DNA of 64,000 nt from Vulcanimicrobiota bacterium (GCA_963714015.1 OY970223.1:992001-1056000), one strand, 5' to 3'; positions 51,327-61,652 are shown, counted from the first letter of the stretch. Program-made: numbers and translations. The notes: generated by a model not told the origin, from the letters alone.

Positions 51327-52616
51327 TTACTCGGCCGCGCGAGGGAGCGAAAACCAGAAAGACGTTACCTTGTTCGGCTCGCTTTCGTAGCCGATGGCGC
51401 CGCCCATCATCGCTACCAGTTCCTGGCAGATGTACAGGCCCAGGCCGATCGAGGCGTCGCTGCTCTCGCTCGAGACACGGCCGAAACGCGTGAAAATCCT
51501 CTCCCGCTCGGCCTCGCGAACGCCCGGTCCTTCGTTTCGGACGACGAAGCTGACGCTTTCGGATGAGGCTTTGATTTCGACGACGATGACGGAACCTTCG
51601 TACGAGTACTTCGCCGCGTTCGAAAGCATGTTCGTCAGAATCTGCACGACGCGCCCTTCATCGGCTTGAACCGGCGGCAGAGGCGCCAAATAGAGCGAGC
51701 GGAATTCGCGTTCCGGATGCTGGCTCTCCATCCGCGCCACCGACTCTTCGACCATCGCGACCGCATCGACGGGTTCCATGCGCAGCGTGAGTTTCCCGGC
51801 GTCCATGCGCGAGAGCAGCAGAAAGTCTTCGAAGATTGCGGAGAGCCGCGCGGTCGACGTGCTGAGCACTGCGAGCAGTTCCTTGCGGCGTTCCGGCGTG
51901 AGCGAGTCGAAGTGCGTCTCCAGCAGCACCGTAGAGCCGTGTATCGCCGCGAGCGGTGAACGCACCTCGTGCGAAACGATGCTGAAAAATTCGCTCTGCG
52001 CGCGGGACGTCGCTTCGAGCATCTCGCGGCGTTCGACTTCGACTTTGTGTCCGCGCGCGTTGCCCAGCGCCAGTCCGACGAGGTTGACGAACAACTGCAT
52101 CTCGCGCAGCGTCTCCAGCGACGGAACTCGGCCGTCGAGCGGGCCGTCAACCGAGATGTAGCCGATCATCTCGCCGTCGCGATCCGCCAGAACCAGCGTT
52201 AGCGAGTCGTGCTCGTGCCACGCGTGCGAGCTCTCGCGCTGCTTTTCGAACTGCTTTTCGCCGACGTAGATATTGTATGCCCAGTGCTGTTCCCGCTCCG
52301 CCGGAATGTAGAAGCATCCGGGCATGACCTCGAACTCGGGAAGCAGCAGCTGCACCATCGCGGTTCGCGGAATGTGCTCGCCTAGGCGCTCTTTGATTTG
52401 CTCGGGCGCGAAGCCGATGATGACGCGGCGGTACATCTCTCCGCCGGGCTCCTCTGAGGCGACGATTGAGACGTATTTGAAGCGATACAGCTCGCTCAAC
52501 CCGCGCGCAATCGAATCGAGCGCCAGCACGATGTCCTGGGCGTGAAGAATGTCTTGCGTGATCTCGAAAAGCCGCTGGAGTGTCTGGCCTTCGGGTGAAC
52601 TCTGGGTGGTCGTCAT
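51327..52616 (-). CDS. Cytoplasmic GAF sensor histidine kinase
   Basis: SHEVRSPL H-box, NMLSNAAKYS N-box, GLGL G2-box; N-terminal GAF-like region. Confidence 0.9.
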   Translation of the reverse strand: MTTTQSSPEGQTLQRLFEITQDILHAQDIVLALDSIARGLSELYRFKYVSIVASEEPGGEMYRRVIIGFAPEQIKERLGEHIPRTAMVQLLLPEFEVMPGCFYIPAEREQHWAYNIYVGEKQFEKQRESSHAWHEHDSLTLVLADRDGEMIGYISVDGPLDGRVPSLETLREMQLFVNLVGLALGNARGHKVEVERREMLEATSRAQSEFFSIVSHEVRSPLAAIHGSTVLLETHFDSLTPERRKELLAVLSTSTARLSAIFEDFLLLSRMDAGKLTLRMEPVDAVAMVEESVARMESQHPEREFRSLYLAPLPPVQADEGRVVQILTNMLSNAAKYSYEGSVIVVEIKASSESVSFVVRNEGPGVREAERERIFTRFGRVSSESSDASIGLGLYICQELVAMMGGAIGYESEPNKVTSFWFSLPRAAE

Positions 52617-52673
52617 CGGGACTTTTGAAGATTCCACGAGGGAGCGGGCTGAGCCTAGCGTAAGCTCACTTGC

Positions 52674-53633
52674 ATGAGGACTCCGCTTCTCTACAACGAG
52701 GACTGCATCAGCGGCGCGGTCTCGCACCTGGCCGATGCAAGCGTCGACCTCATCGTCACCGATCCGCCCTACGGCATTGAAGGCGACCGCCTGCACCGTC
52801 ATTACAACCGGGACGAGCGCTACGTCGTCGACGGCTATGTCGAGGTGGATCGGCGGCGGTACGCATCGTTCAGCCGTGCTTGGATTGCGCAGGCAGCGCG
52901 CGTTCTGCGTCCAGGGGGCCAAATGTACGTGGTCTCCGGCTACACGAATCTTGGTGCCGTGCTCGACGCGCTGCGCGCTGCCGAACTCAAAGAGATCAAT
53001 CATATCGTTTGGAAGTACAACTTCGGCGTCTACACCAGCACGAAATTCGTTTCTTCGCACTATCACGTTTTGTATTACGCCAAACCGGGCGGAAAGCGAA
53101 CCTTCAATCTTCAGGCACGGTACCCGCTGGACGCGACGGCCCAGGGCGGCGGTTCGCTGAACTACCGCGATCGCGAGGACGTCTGGATCATCAATCGGGA
53201 GTACAAGCCGGGCAAGACGAAAAACAAGAACGAGCTTCCCGAAGCGTTGCTGCAAAAGATGATCGCCTACAGCAGCAATGCCGGAGACCTCGTCTGCGAT
53301 TTCTTCGCCGGCGGCGGATCGACGGGCGTCGTCGCGATCGGTATGAACCGGCGCTTCAGCGGCTTCGAGATATCCAAAAGCGCTTATCACACGGCACTGC
53401 GGCGCATGCAGAAAGCCGTTCCCGGATCGCTGATTGAAGCGATTCCCCGCCCCCATGTCGTCGTAAACCGCGGAAAGACGTGGAGTCCCGAGGAGTCGCA
53501 GCGCCTGCAGCGGCGGTATCGTGATCTTTCGTCAACGGGCGCAACGCAAGCGGCGATCGTCCAAACGCTGAGCGAAGAGTTTGCGCGCGGCGCCTGGGCG
53601 ATCCGCAAGCGGCTCAAGCATCATTCACGATAA
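52674..53633 (+). CDS. Site-specific DNA methyltransferase (N6A/N4C, beta class) with C-terminal HTH-like extension
   Basis: DPPY precedes DFFAGGGST; tail RGKTWSPEE...AIRKRL. Confidence 0.9.
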   Translation: MRTPLLYNEDCISGAVSHLADASVDLIVTDPPYGIEGDRLHRHYNRDERYVVDGYVEVDRRRYASFSRAWIAQAARVLRPGGQMYVVSGYTNLGAVLDALRAAELKEINHIVWKYNFGVYTSTKFVSSHYHVLYYAKPGGKRTFNLQARYPLDATAQGGGSLNYRDREDVWIINREYKPGKTKNKNELPEALLQKMIAYSSNAGDLVCDFFAGGGSTGVVAIGMNRRFSGFEISKSAYHTALRRMQKAVPGSLIEAIPRPHVVVNRGKTWSPEESQRLQRRYRDLSSTGATQAAIVQTLSEEFARGAWAIRKRLKHHSR

Positions 53634-53636
53634 CCG

Positions 53637-53668
53637 CCGGCGCCGCGTGAGGCAGTACGCGGCGCCGG
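53637..53668. terminator. Hairpin between convergent genes
   Basis: Perfect 12-bp inverted repeat CCGGCGCCGCGT / ACGCGGCGCCGG. Confidence 0.6.
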
Positions 53669-53678
53669 AATCGCGAAT

Positions 53679-54572
53679 TTAACCGCCGTAGTTCGGGCCC
53701 GCGGACGCGAGTGCCGCATTCAACTGTCCACGCGCCTGCCCTAAAGACTGGATTGCCCGCACGCGGTAGCCGTCGTAGTCGTGTGAGTCGAGGTTGAGCA
53801 TTCCGATCGCGTGCTGCACCATGCCCCGCACGTATGCCAGGTTTGCGTTACTGCCGCCGCGGGTGCGCAGCATCGGCTCTGCGCTTGCGTTCGCGTTCGG
53901 CGGTGCAATCGCGGCGAAGCGAGGGTCGCCTTCATCGGCGTGCAGCCCGAGCAGAATGTCTTGACGCGCTTGCTGCATCGCCGTCATTGCGTCCACGCGG
54001 TGACCGTCGTAGTCGCGCTGATCGTTCTGCAGCTGATCTATCCCGCGTTCGATATACCAGCGCGCATACTGCATGTTGCGATCGCTGGCCGAATCGAGCG
54101 GATGCTGATTGAAGTACGCCAGCGCCGCGCGCAGTTGTCCGCGGGTCTGGTCCAGTTCCTCAATCGCCTTGACGCGGAAACCACCGTAATCGTGCTGATC
54201 TTGCTGCAGCATTCCAACAGCCTGCTGCAAGTAGCCGTCTACGGCCGCAATGTTCTGATTGCTGGCTCCCTGCGGACGCACCCACGACTGCATCGAGCGC
54301 GGCATGATGATGCCCGGGTCGGCGACCCGCTCGTGATTCTGATCGTATAAGAGCGCTGAAGTGAGGTCGGACTGGACGATCTGAAGATCGGCGACCGCAG
54401 CGGCGCGGTGACCGCCGTAATCGCGATCGTCCTGGTTGAGCATATTTATGGATTGAGCGAGGTAGCCGCGCGTTGCAGCGATGTTTTCATCGCTCCAGTT
54501 AGGATTTGCAAGCGCCGCGACCGGTGCGCCGAGTGCAGCGATGAGGCTTGCTGCGATAAGTGCATTTTTCAT
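53679..54572 (-). CDS. Secreted protein with four helical-hairpin repeats (D.xDY[GD]G[HFY]R)
   Basis: Signal peptide; four 60-75 aa repeats. Confidence 0.8.
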   Translation of the reverse strand: MKNALIAASLIAALGAPVAALANPNWSDENIAATRGYLAQSINMLNQDDRDYGGHRAAAVADLQIVQSDLTSALLYDQNHERVADPGIIMPRSMQSWVRPQGASNQNIAAVDGYLQQAVGMLQQDQHDYGGFRVKAIEELDQTRGQLRAALAYFNQHPLDSASDRNMQYARWYIERGIDQLQNDQRDYDGHRVDAMTAMQQARQDILLGLHADEGDPRFAAIAPPNANASAEPMLRTRGGSNANLAYVRGMVQHAIGMLNLDSHDYDGYRVRAIQSLGQARGQLNAALASAGPNYGG

Positions 54573-54699
54573 GTGCGTTCCTGCCTTTCGGCATTACGAG
54601 AAGTGCTTCGAAGGAGAAACGCAAGCGGGGCGCTCCGGCATCACGGCATGGGATTAGAAACCGGTGAAAGCTCGGCGTTACGGGTGATGCTGTACCTAG

Positions 54700-57600
54700 T
54701 TACGGCCAGTCCCCGTTTGCTGCCGCGGCGATTGCGCGCACTGCAGTAAGGCGCCCAAACGCCTCCCGGGCGCGCTCGTCCGCGACGGCATCGACCTGGG
54801 CTTGCACGTGCCCCTCGGCCTTGGCGAGAGCTTCGGCCGCCTTTGCGTCGTCACCGTACGCATGATAGACGCGTGCTGCTGCCCAAAAACAGTAATGCGG
54901 CCAAACGGTATTTTCGCCGGAAGCATCGGCGGACCGCATGATGTCATCGGCCGTTTGCTCCGCAGCCGCATTACCGGCCTTCAACTGTGCCAGCGCTAAA
55001 TCGCCGAGTTCTTCGAACGTCGCCGGCCGTCCGAGCCGTTCGCGGATTGCAAGGGCATCGTTCATATGCGCAAGGGCCGCATCCAGCTCGCCGAGTTCGC
55101 GCTCGGCATTTCCCAGATTCGCGAGCGCGCCGGCTTCGATTACGGAGTTGCTAATCTCCCGGGCGGCTTGCAGCGCGTCCATGCCGATCTGCTTGGCTTC
55201 ATCCGGCGCTTGCTGCAGCAGGCGCACCATGCTCAAGTTCGTCAGCGCCGCTGCACGGCCGCGCGGATCGTCGAATGCTTCGAAAATCTCGAGCGCAGCG
55301 GTCAACGACGATTGGGCATCTTCCAGCAGGCCGCGCAGCATTTGGCTCCCGGTTTGATTGAAGAGCAAATATCCGAGCTGCAGTCGATTGCCTAGGGTGC
55401 GGTGGATGCTCGCGGCGGAGCGGAACTCGCGCTCGGCATCCTCAAAGCGCAGCTGGAACGAGAGGGCAGAAGCAACGCGCGCGCCGGCTTCCGCCTCGCC
55501 TTCACGATCGCCGATCTCGCGGTAACGCTGCTGCGCCTCTTGGGCATCGGTGACCGCTCTTGCAAAGTCGCGGCGCATAATGGCCATACCAGCGGATGCC
55601 ATTGCTACACGCGCCATCAGCACCGGATTGGCGCTCTCCTCGGCTCGACGGCGCGCCTGCAAAAGCATCTCTTCTGCGCGGACCGCCTCGCCGCGATTTA
55701 CGGCGATTTCGGAAAGCAGGCTGAGTGCTTCCACTTCACCACCGGCATCGCTCAACTCACGATCCACCGCGAGCGCTTCGCCGGCTGCGGCCTCCGCCTC
55801 CGCATAATGGCTGCGCAGCAAGAGGTTCTTGGCGGTCGCGCGCCCGCCCACGGCCTGGCGCGAACGATCGCCCGCGGTACGAACTCGCCGGATGAAGTCG
55901 TCCAAATAGCGAGCCTCTTCGGCAAGATCTCCCAGTACACGCGCTAACTGCGCGCGACGCCATGCCGCGTCCGCCCGGTCGTCGTCATTGCGCACGAGCG
56001 CTTCGAGCTCCTCGATGTCTGCGCGCTGCGCATCGCGTTCTCCCAGCCGCCCAAGAATTCGTTCGCGTAATCCAAGGAGCGCCCGCCGGATATCGGGCTC
56101 GCTTGCAAGTTCGAGGCCTCGCGTCGCACTCGCAAGCGCTTCCGGGTTCGCGAACAGCGCAAAATTTCGTTCCGCCGAAGAAAGATAGTACTCTGCGGCC
56201 TTTTGAGGTTCGCCGCCTTTATCGTAATGATGCGCCAAGTTTCCGGCGGCTTGTCCGCGATCCGGCGTCACTCGCTCGATGGCAACGGCGACGCGCCGAT
56301 GCCAGCGGGGGCGCCGCGCCGGTTCGATTTGTTCGTACATAGCGGACGCGACGAGATGATGACTAAAGGCAAAGGCAAAATGCACGCGTCCGACTTCTCG
56401 AACAAGGTTGCGTCCGAGCAATTCGCGCACGCCGTCCAATACCGTATCCTCGGGCAAGCCGGAAATTTCGCGAATCAAATCCGCATCGAAAGTCGCGCCG
56501 ATCACGCTGGCGACCTCCCCGATTTCCCGCGCCGTTTGAGAGACGCGATTGGTGCGAACTGCGATCATCGCTTGCAAAAAACGCGACGACGTCTCACGGA
56601 TACCGGATTCTGCGCTTTCACGAAGCAGCTCGACCGCGAAGAGGGGGTTTCCGCCGCTTACGGCGTGTACGTGCGCGCCCACGGTCTCCGCATCGCCGGC
56701 CAGTTCCGGTAGACTCCGCGCCAAATTGCAGACGGCTTCGTTCGAGAGACCGCCAAGCGAGACGTGATCCGCGACGTTTTCGAGTTGGAGCTTGCGCCGC
56801 AGCGGCTGGACGGTTCGAGTAGCGTCGTCACCCTCGTTGCGGTACGTCGCAAGGATCAATGCCGGAAATGCCGCAACCCGCCGCGCCAGGTATTCGAACG
56901 ACGTCAACGTCGCTTCGCCGGCCCACTGCAGATCTTCCAAGATGAGCAGCAACGGACGCTGCCGGGAGAGTCCCTGCAGCACCGCGGCCAAACTCTCGAG
57001 GAGTCTCGATCGTTCGCGAGCTGCGTCGATCACGGCGAGCACCGGTAAGTCGCTGCGCCGCAGTGCAAGTTCGGGAACCAATGCTGCTACGCTGGCAAGC
57101 CAAACCGGTCGAACGTCGGCTACGGCCAAGAGTGGAAGCGCGTCTCGAAGTGCTTCCACAACCGGCTGATACGGCACTTGTTCGGGAGAAGAAGTGGTCC
57201 CGCGCAGAACGCGCCCGCCTTGCATGTTGACAAGGAGCGCCAGCTCGTTCGAAAGCCGCGTCTTACCGATGCCGGGCTCGCCCCCGATCAAGACCGCTTT
57301 GCCGTGACCTTGCGATGCGAGGCGCCACGCCTCCGCGAGACGTTCCAGTTCGTCGGAGCGACCGACGAATGGAAGAACCGATGCGACGGAGGTTGTATCG
57401 ATCGGCTCGTGCGCCGCCGCGTCGGGGAGTACGCCGCCGCGCAGAATCAGTGCTCGCAATGCGAGCGTCTCGGGCATCAACTCGACGCCCATCTCCGCCG
57501 CCAGCCGCCGCGCAAAGACGTCGATTTGGCGAAGCGCGCCGGCGCGATCGCCGCTTTCATATCGAACCGAAGCCAGTTGCCGCAACGCATCTTCGCGCCA

Positions 57601-58155
57601 TTGGTCGTTCTCCAAAATTCGGTCGGCGCAAGATAGCGCGGCGGCGAAATCGCGGCGACTGCGCGCGCGAAAGAGCAAACGTTCCAGCAGCGCAACGTAT
57701 TGACGCCGCAGACGCTCCCGAATCGGCGTTATCCAATCATCGTACACGGGCAGAGCGAGATCGCCGGCGTAAAGCTCGACGGCCTCGGACCAGCGCGATT
57801 CATCGACGACGCACCGCTCGAACTCGTCAACGTCTATCCAGACGCCGGCGTCCTCATTCCACGAGAGCGACTCTTCTTTGGAGATTACGTACGGCACCGG
57901 CGAGGGCGGCAGCGCGCTCGTGACCTGATACAGGTAGCGGCGCAGTTTGCCGCGGGCCTCGGCTTCGCTGTCGTCAGGCCAGAGGGAGAAGGCAACGAGG
58001 TCGCGCGTCAGATGCGCACCGCGATTGAGAACCAGAAAGGCGAGAAGCGGAAGCGCCCGGGGGCGGCTATGAAACGCGAAAGGCTGACCGCCGTACAGAA
58101 ACCGCGGCTGACCGAGTAAATGGATACGAAGCCCGGATTCGACAGCAACGTCCAT
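54700..58155 (-). CDS. SARP-like regulator: wHTH-BTAD-AAA ATPase-TPR
   Basis: LWPD, BTAD (WREDA), FVGR..EL, GEPGIGKT, LEDLQWA, TPR C-terminus. Confidence 0.9.
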   Translation of the reverse strand: MDVAVESGLRIHLLGQPRFLYGGQPFAFHSRPRALPLLAFLVLNRGAHLTRDLVAFSLWPDDSEAEARGKLRRYLYQVTSALPPSPVPYVISKEESLSWNEDAGVWIDVDEFERCVVDESRWSEAVELYAGDLALPVYDDWITPIRERLRRQYVALLERLLFRARSRRDFAAALSCADRILENDQWREDALRQLASVRYESGDRAGALRQIDVFARRLAAEMGVELMPETLALRALILRGGVLPDAAAHEPIDTTSVASVLPFVGRSDELERLAEAWRLASQGHGKAVLIGGEPGIGKTRLSNELALLVNMQGGRVLRGTTSSPEQVPYQPVVEALRDALPLLAVADVRPVWLASVAALVPELALRRSDLPVLAVIDAARERSRLLESLAAVLQGLSRQRPLLLILEDLQWAGEATLTSFEYLARRVAAFPALILATYRNEGDDATRTVQPLRRKLQLENVADHVSLGGLSNEAVCNLARSLPELAGDAETVGAHVHAVSGGNPLFAVELLRESAESGIRETSSRFLQAMIAVRTNRVSQTAREIGEVASVIGATFDADLIREISGLPEDTVLDGVRELLGRNLVREVGRVHFAFAFSHHLVASAMYEQIEPARRPRWHRRVAVAIERVTPDRGQAAGNLAHHYDKGGEPQKAAEYYLSSAERNFALFANPEALASATRGLELASEPDIRRALLGLRERILGRLGERDAQRADIEELEALVRNDDDRADAAWRRAQLARVLGDLAEEARYLDDFIRRVRTAGDRSRQAVGGRATAKNLLLRSHYAEAEAAAGEALAVDRELSDAGGEVEALSLLSEIAVNRGEAVRAEEMLLQARRRAEESANPVLMARVAMASAGMAIMRRDFARAVTDAQEAQQRYREIGDREGEAEAGARVASALSFQLRFEDAEREFRSAASIHRTLGNRLQLGYLLFNQTGSQMLRGLLEDAQSSLTAALEIFEAFDDPRGRAAALTNLSMVRLLQQAPDEAKQIGMDALQAAREISNSVIEAGALANLGNAERELGELDAALAHMNDALAIRERLGRPATFEELGDLALAQLKAGNAAAEQTADDIMRSADASGENTVWPHYCFWAAARVYHAYGDDAKAAEALAKAEGHVQAQVDAVADERAREAFGRLTAVRAIAAAANGDWP

Positions 58156-58268
58156 GCGTGACTCCCGCGTGTCCCATTCGGCCGATAAGGCAGCGTTCGC
58201 CATTTCCGCGAAAATGCCTTAAGATAGAAGAAGGTCCCCGGTCTGCCACGCAAGGCAGGAGGTGCAGC

Positions 58269-58565
58269 ATGCTTTGGGATCGGCATCGCCACGTTCAAGC
58301 CTGCAAGTTCGCCTACTTTTTGAGCGGCCTCATTTTTGCCGCGCTCGGCGATTGGTGGTACGAAAGCACGAGACTTGCTGCGTGGTACTGGGGCGATACG
58401 CTCCTCGCGTTCAGCGCCATTGCCTTTGCGTGCGCGTTCATGATCGCCGCCAGTAAGCACTTGGACGAGTACCTCGAGGAGATACAGGAACACCCGTTCG
58501 GCGGCCCGCAAAACACGGCGGGAGAGTACGGGTCTGGTGGCCCGCACGGTCTTCAAAACCGCTGA
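58269..58565 (+). CDS. Small two-TM membrane protein; 3' end runs into selC
   Basis: AGGAGG RBS; two hydrophobic segments. Confidence 0.55.
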   Translation: MLWDRHRHVQACKFAYFLSGLIFAALGDWWYESTRLAAWYWGDTLLAFSAIAFACAFMIAASKHLDEYLEEIQEHPFGGPQNTAGEYGSGGPHGLQNR

Positions 58566-58613
58566 GGCCGGGGCAACTCGGCTGGTAGGTTCGATTCCTA
58601 CACTTTCCCGCCA
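58520..58613 (+). tRNA. selC: tRNA-Sec (anticodon TCA)
   Basis: 8-bp acceptor GGGAGAGT/ACTTTCCC, anticodon loop CTTCAAA, long variable arm, GGTTCGATTCC, encoded GCCA end; selA and selB in window. Confidence 0.95.
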
Positions 58614-58643
58614 AAGGGCCGAACCGATCTGTATACGGATTCT

Positions 58644-58928
58644 TCACGCTTGTTCCGGATCGGATTCAGAAGGCACGGCCTCTCCAGCTGCTTCGTTAGC
58701 CGGGGCCTGCGGCGGAGGAGGTGCAGGCGGACCGAACCGCACCTCAAACACGATGAGCTGTTCTTTCATCCACATGCCGCGCGCAACGACCATCGCCGGG
58801 AAACCATGTTGCCCGGCGGTTGGAACCATCGCTTTGACATCGATCCCCAGGTCCTTGAGGTCCTCGCGGATTCGATCGGTCTGTTTCGTGATCGTCGGAA
58901 GCGCCGCCGGGTCGTAACACGCTAGCAC
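58644..58928 (-). CDS. Hypothetical protein, possibly 5'-truncated
   Basis: Protein-like composition with Pro-rich tail; no clear RBS; abuts the AhpD fragment. Confidence 0.4.
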   Translation of the reverse strand: MLACYDPAALPTITKQTDRIREDLKDLGIDVKAMVPTAGQHGFPAMVVARGMWMKEQLIVFEVRFGPPAPPPPQAPANEAAGEAVPSESDPEQA

Positions 58929-58945
58929 GACCGCGTCCGGCTTGA

Positions 58946-59131
58946 TGGGCGGACGCCCTGGCTGAAACGCCCGCGAACGTGAGCGACAAGCTATACGCGG
59001 ACTTGCGCCGTTACTTTTCCGAACAGCAGCTCATCGAACTCGCCGCCGCTGCGGGATTTGAAAACATGCGCGCTCGCTCGAATCGTGTGTTCAATGTCCG
59101 CAGCGATGGCTTGTCTTCCATTATGGAATAG
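58946..59131 (+). pseudogene. C-terminal fragment of a carboxymuconolactone decarboxylase/AhpD family protein
   Basis: WADALAETPANVSDKLYADLRRYFSEQQLIELAAAAGFENMRARSNRVF; N-terminal half absent. Confidence 0.7.
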
Positions 59132-59292
59132 CGCGATGGCGCTAAGCCCAGGGAATGCGAACGGTAGCGATTTACGTCCTGCCGGCATGCGACGATCGGG
59201 GCGGTGCACGGCGGCATCACGGCCCGAACGCCGTACATGTTGTCGTCGCGGGCCCCTAAGGCATCCAAGCCACGCGTGAAGAATACCGCTCC

Positions 59293-60955
59293 ATGCGCTT
59301 TCTAGCCGCGGCCCTTTGCGTCGTAGCGTTAGCCGCATTTCTGGTCGACGCCACCGGGCTAAATCCGGGCGTCACGACCGGCATGCAGCTCGGCCGCGAT
59401 AATCGTGTTGCGCAGGTCCCGCCGCGCTCGCCTGCGGATCGGGCTGGTTTTCGCGCCGGCGATCTTGTCAGATTCGACCGCATGCCGCTCCTGGAGCGGA
59501 TCGCTCTGGATCGGCCGATCGTCGGCCGCCCTATCCTCGTCGTCATTCAGCGCGGCACGCAGCTCACCACCGTTTCCCTCGTAGCCGTCCCCGTTGCGTT
59601 TTGGGATACGCCTACCGCACTAGTCTGGCTTCTGGCATTACTCTATGCGGCGATGGCGTTGCTCGTCGCATGGCGCGCGCCGCCCGGACGTCAGCGCGGC
59701 GTCATCATCGCCATTCTCGTCTCGCTGTCGTTTGCATGGTCGATTCAAAAGATCGCGCTTGCGGTACCGTCAATCGCCGTGCATTTCGCCGGCAGGCTCC
59801 TGACCGACGCATGCATCGTTGTGTTTTTGACAGACTGCGTATCTGTTCGTGCTTTGGTTCCCACCGAGATCGTCGCCTGCGCTGCCGTGGCTGTGGCGCA
59901 TCGGACTTCCGGCTTCGATTTGTTCGGCACTCGCGTACTTTGCCCTCAACCTTAACGATCTCGTCCACGTTCTTCCGTTGAATACTCACGTGTGGGGCGA
60001 CGTGCTGACGTTCGCGGCTTCCGCCGCCATGATCGTCGGCGTTCTGGACGGCGTACTTAACGGCGGAGCAGCGTATCGCACGCGCGCAATCGTAGCCGGC
60101 AGTTCACTTGTGGCTCTGGCCCTTTGCAACGCGTTTTTCGCGCTTAGCGATCTCACGCGAGTATACTTTTCCTGGTCTGCCTATCTGGACTTACTGCAAT
60201 GGGCCAGCGGCTTCGGCGTGTCTTACGCGGTGCTGCGCCACCGCTTGCTGGATCTGAATCTGGTCATCTCGCGCGCTGCCATTTTTTCCGTTGTCTCGCT
60301 GCTGCTGCTCGGCATCTTCGCCCTCGTAGAATGGATGTTCGCCGGCATCCTCGAGCAAACGCTCGGCGCCGCCTTCGGCGAAGGCGCCAAAACGGCGCTC
60401 GCCGCCGGCGTCGCGTTATTCGTGGGGCTTTCCGCGCGCTCGGTGCATCGTGTTGTGGAACATCGCCTGAATCGTGTTTTCTTCGCCAAACGCTACCGCG
60501 CGCTCCAAGATCTGCACCGTTTCGCGCTCGAAACGGATGCAGCGACAGACTCGAGTGCATTGCTCGACCTCACGCTTTCTTCGATGCGCCGCAATCTCGA
60601 TGCACAATTTGTGGCGCTCTACACCGGAAAGCCCGTCACGGGTTACGTCGCAGCCGGCACGACTGCCGCCGATTTGCCGTTGCGTTTCGACCCGAACGAA
60701 GAAGTCGTCTTGCGTCTGCGGCGCTGGGGCGAAGCGTTCGTGGTCGACAACAATGTGGCGCATCCGCTCGCGCACGCGTACGTTGCGCCGATGATGCTGC
60801 GCGGCACATTGTACGGCTTTGCGATCTGCGGCCCGAAAGTCGACCGCACGAGCTACCTCCCTGACGAGCGAGAAACGCTTGCTGAACTCGTGCACCGTGT
60901 GGGCATTGCGTACGAGTGGCTGACGCGTCCGGCGGAAAGCGGCGTACCGCGTTGA
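59293..60955 (+). CDS. PDZ + multi-TM + GAF-like membrane protein without output domain (apparent extra base near 59832)
   Basis: SPADRAGFRAGD PDZ; YAVLRHRLLDL; PM..RG.LYGFAICGPK...Y..DE GAF-like end. Confidence 0.75.
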
Positions 60956-60960
60956 AGCAG

Positions 60961-61015
60961 CGCGGCCGAAGCGATTGCCATCTAAGCTTCGAAGCCGCGG
61001 GCGGTGCTTTTTTTT
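60961..61015 (+). terminator. Possible intrinsic terminator
   Basis: CGCGGCCGAAGC...GCTTCGAAGCCGCG followed shortly by a long T run. Confidence 0.5.
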
Positions 61016-61652
61016 AAACGCTTCCGCGGAGTCCACGACCAAACACCGCCGGCGATCGGCCCATTTTCGGGGATAACAGGATATGCAGCGTGGCTGCGCG
61101 ACCGCCCTCGGGCAATGTGCCTCATCGTGATCGGCGCTCATGTGGGCGATTTACGCAAAGACGAACAATTACTGGCTGTCGTGCGCGATGCTGCGGCGCA
61201 CGCCGCTTCACAACCGTCGCATCAAGCTGTCTTCACGGAAAAATCTCAACAAGAGATGCAATCGAAATTTGGATTCTCATCCCGATCGCATAGCAAAAGG
61301 CTGCATCATTCGGTGAGAAGCAGCGCAGGCGATTCGTCAACACTGGCCGCGTCCATTGGCGTTCTGCGCTTACCGAGTAATTTGGCTTCAAAACGGTTGC
61401 AGTTTGAGGCGCCCGCAGCTAATCCTTAGTGACCTTCGGTGGCTAAAAGACCCGATATTTCCTATCTTCCGTGACCGATCCTAACCTACCGGCGCCCTGT
61501 TATCTTTTCCGGCTTTACGGCCTTTTCGAGGTACGTATCTAGCGCCGTGGCCTTCTCGCACTTTTCGTCAGGGAGCAGGTGGACGTAGATGGCCACCCGC
61601 TCATCCGGTCCATTAAGCTCAAGCAACGGGCTGCCGATGTGAACGTTTCGTC

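Noticed and set aside
51327..53456. 709-aa kinase, and similarly extended leuS, serine hydrolase, tsaB and TPM ORFs
   Set aside because: N-terminal extensions are antisense or out-of-frame overlaps with neighbouring real genes; starts were moved downstream
52674..53633. Restriction-modification or other defence system
   Set aside because: No nuclease or specificity subunit nearby
58943..58945. In-frame TGA before the AhpD fragment read as selenocysteine
   Set aside because: It is not at a CxxC/CxxU position and the upstream frame shows no AhpD-like sequence; it looks like the truncation boundary
61004..61429. 141-aa ORF inside the selC island
   Set aside because: Starts inside a terminator-like T run, has no recognisable motif and overlaps the duplicated arm; cannot be supported
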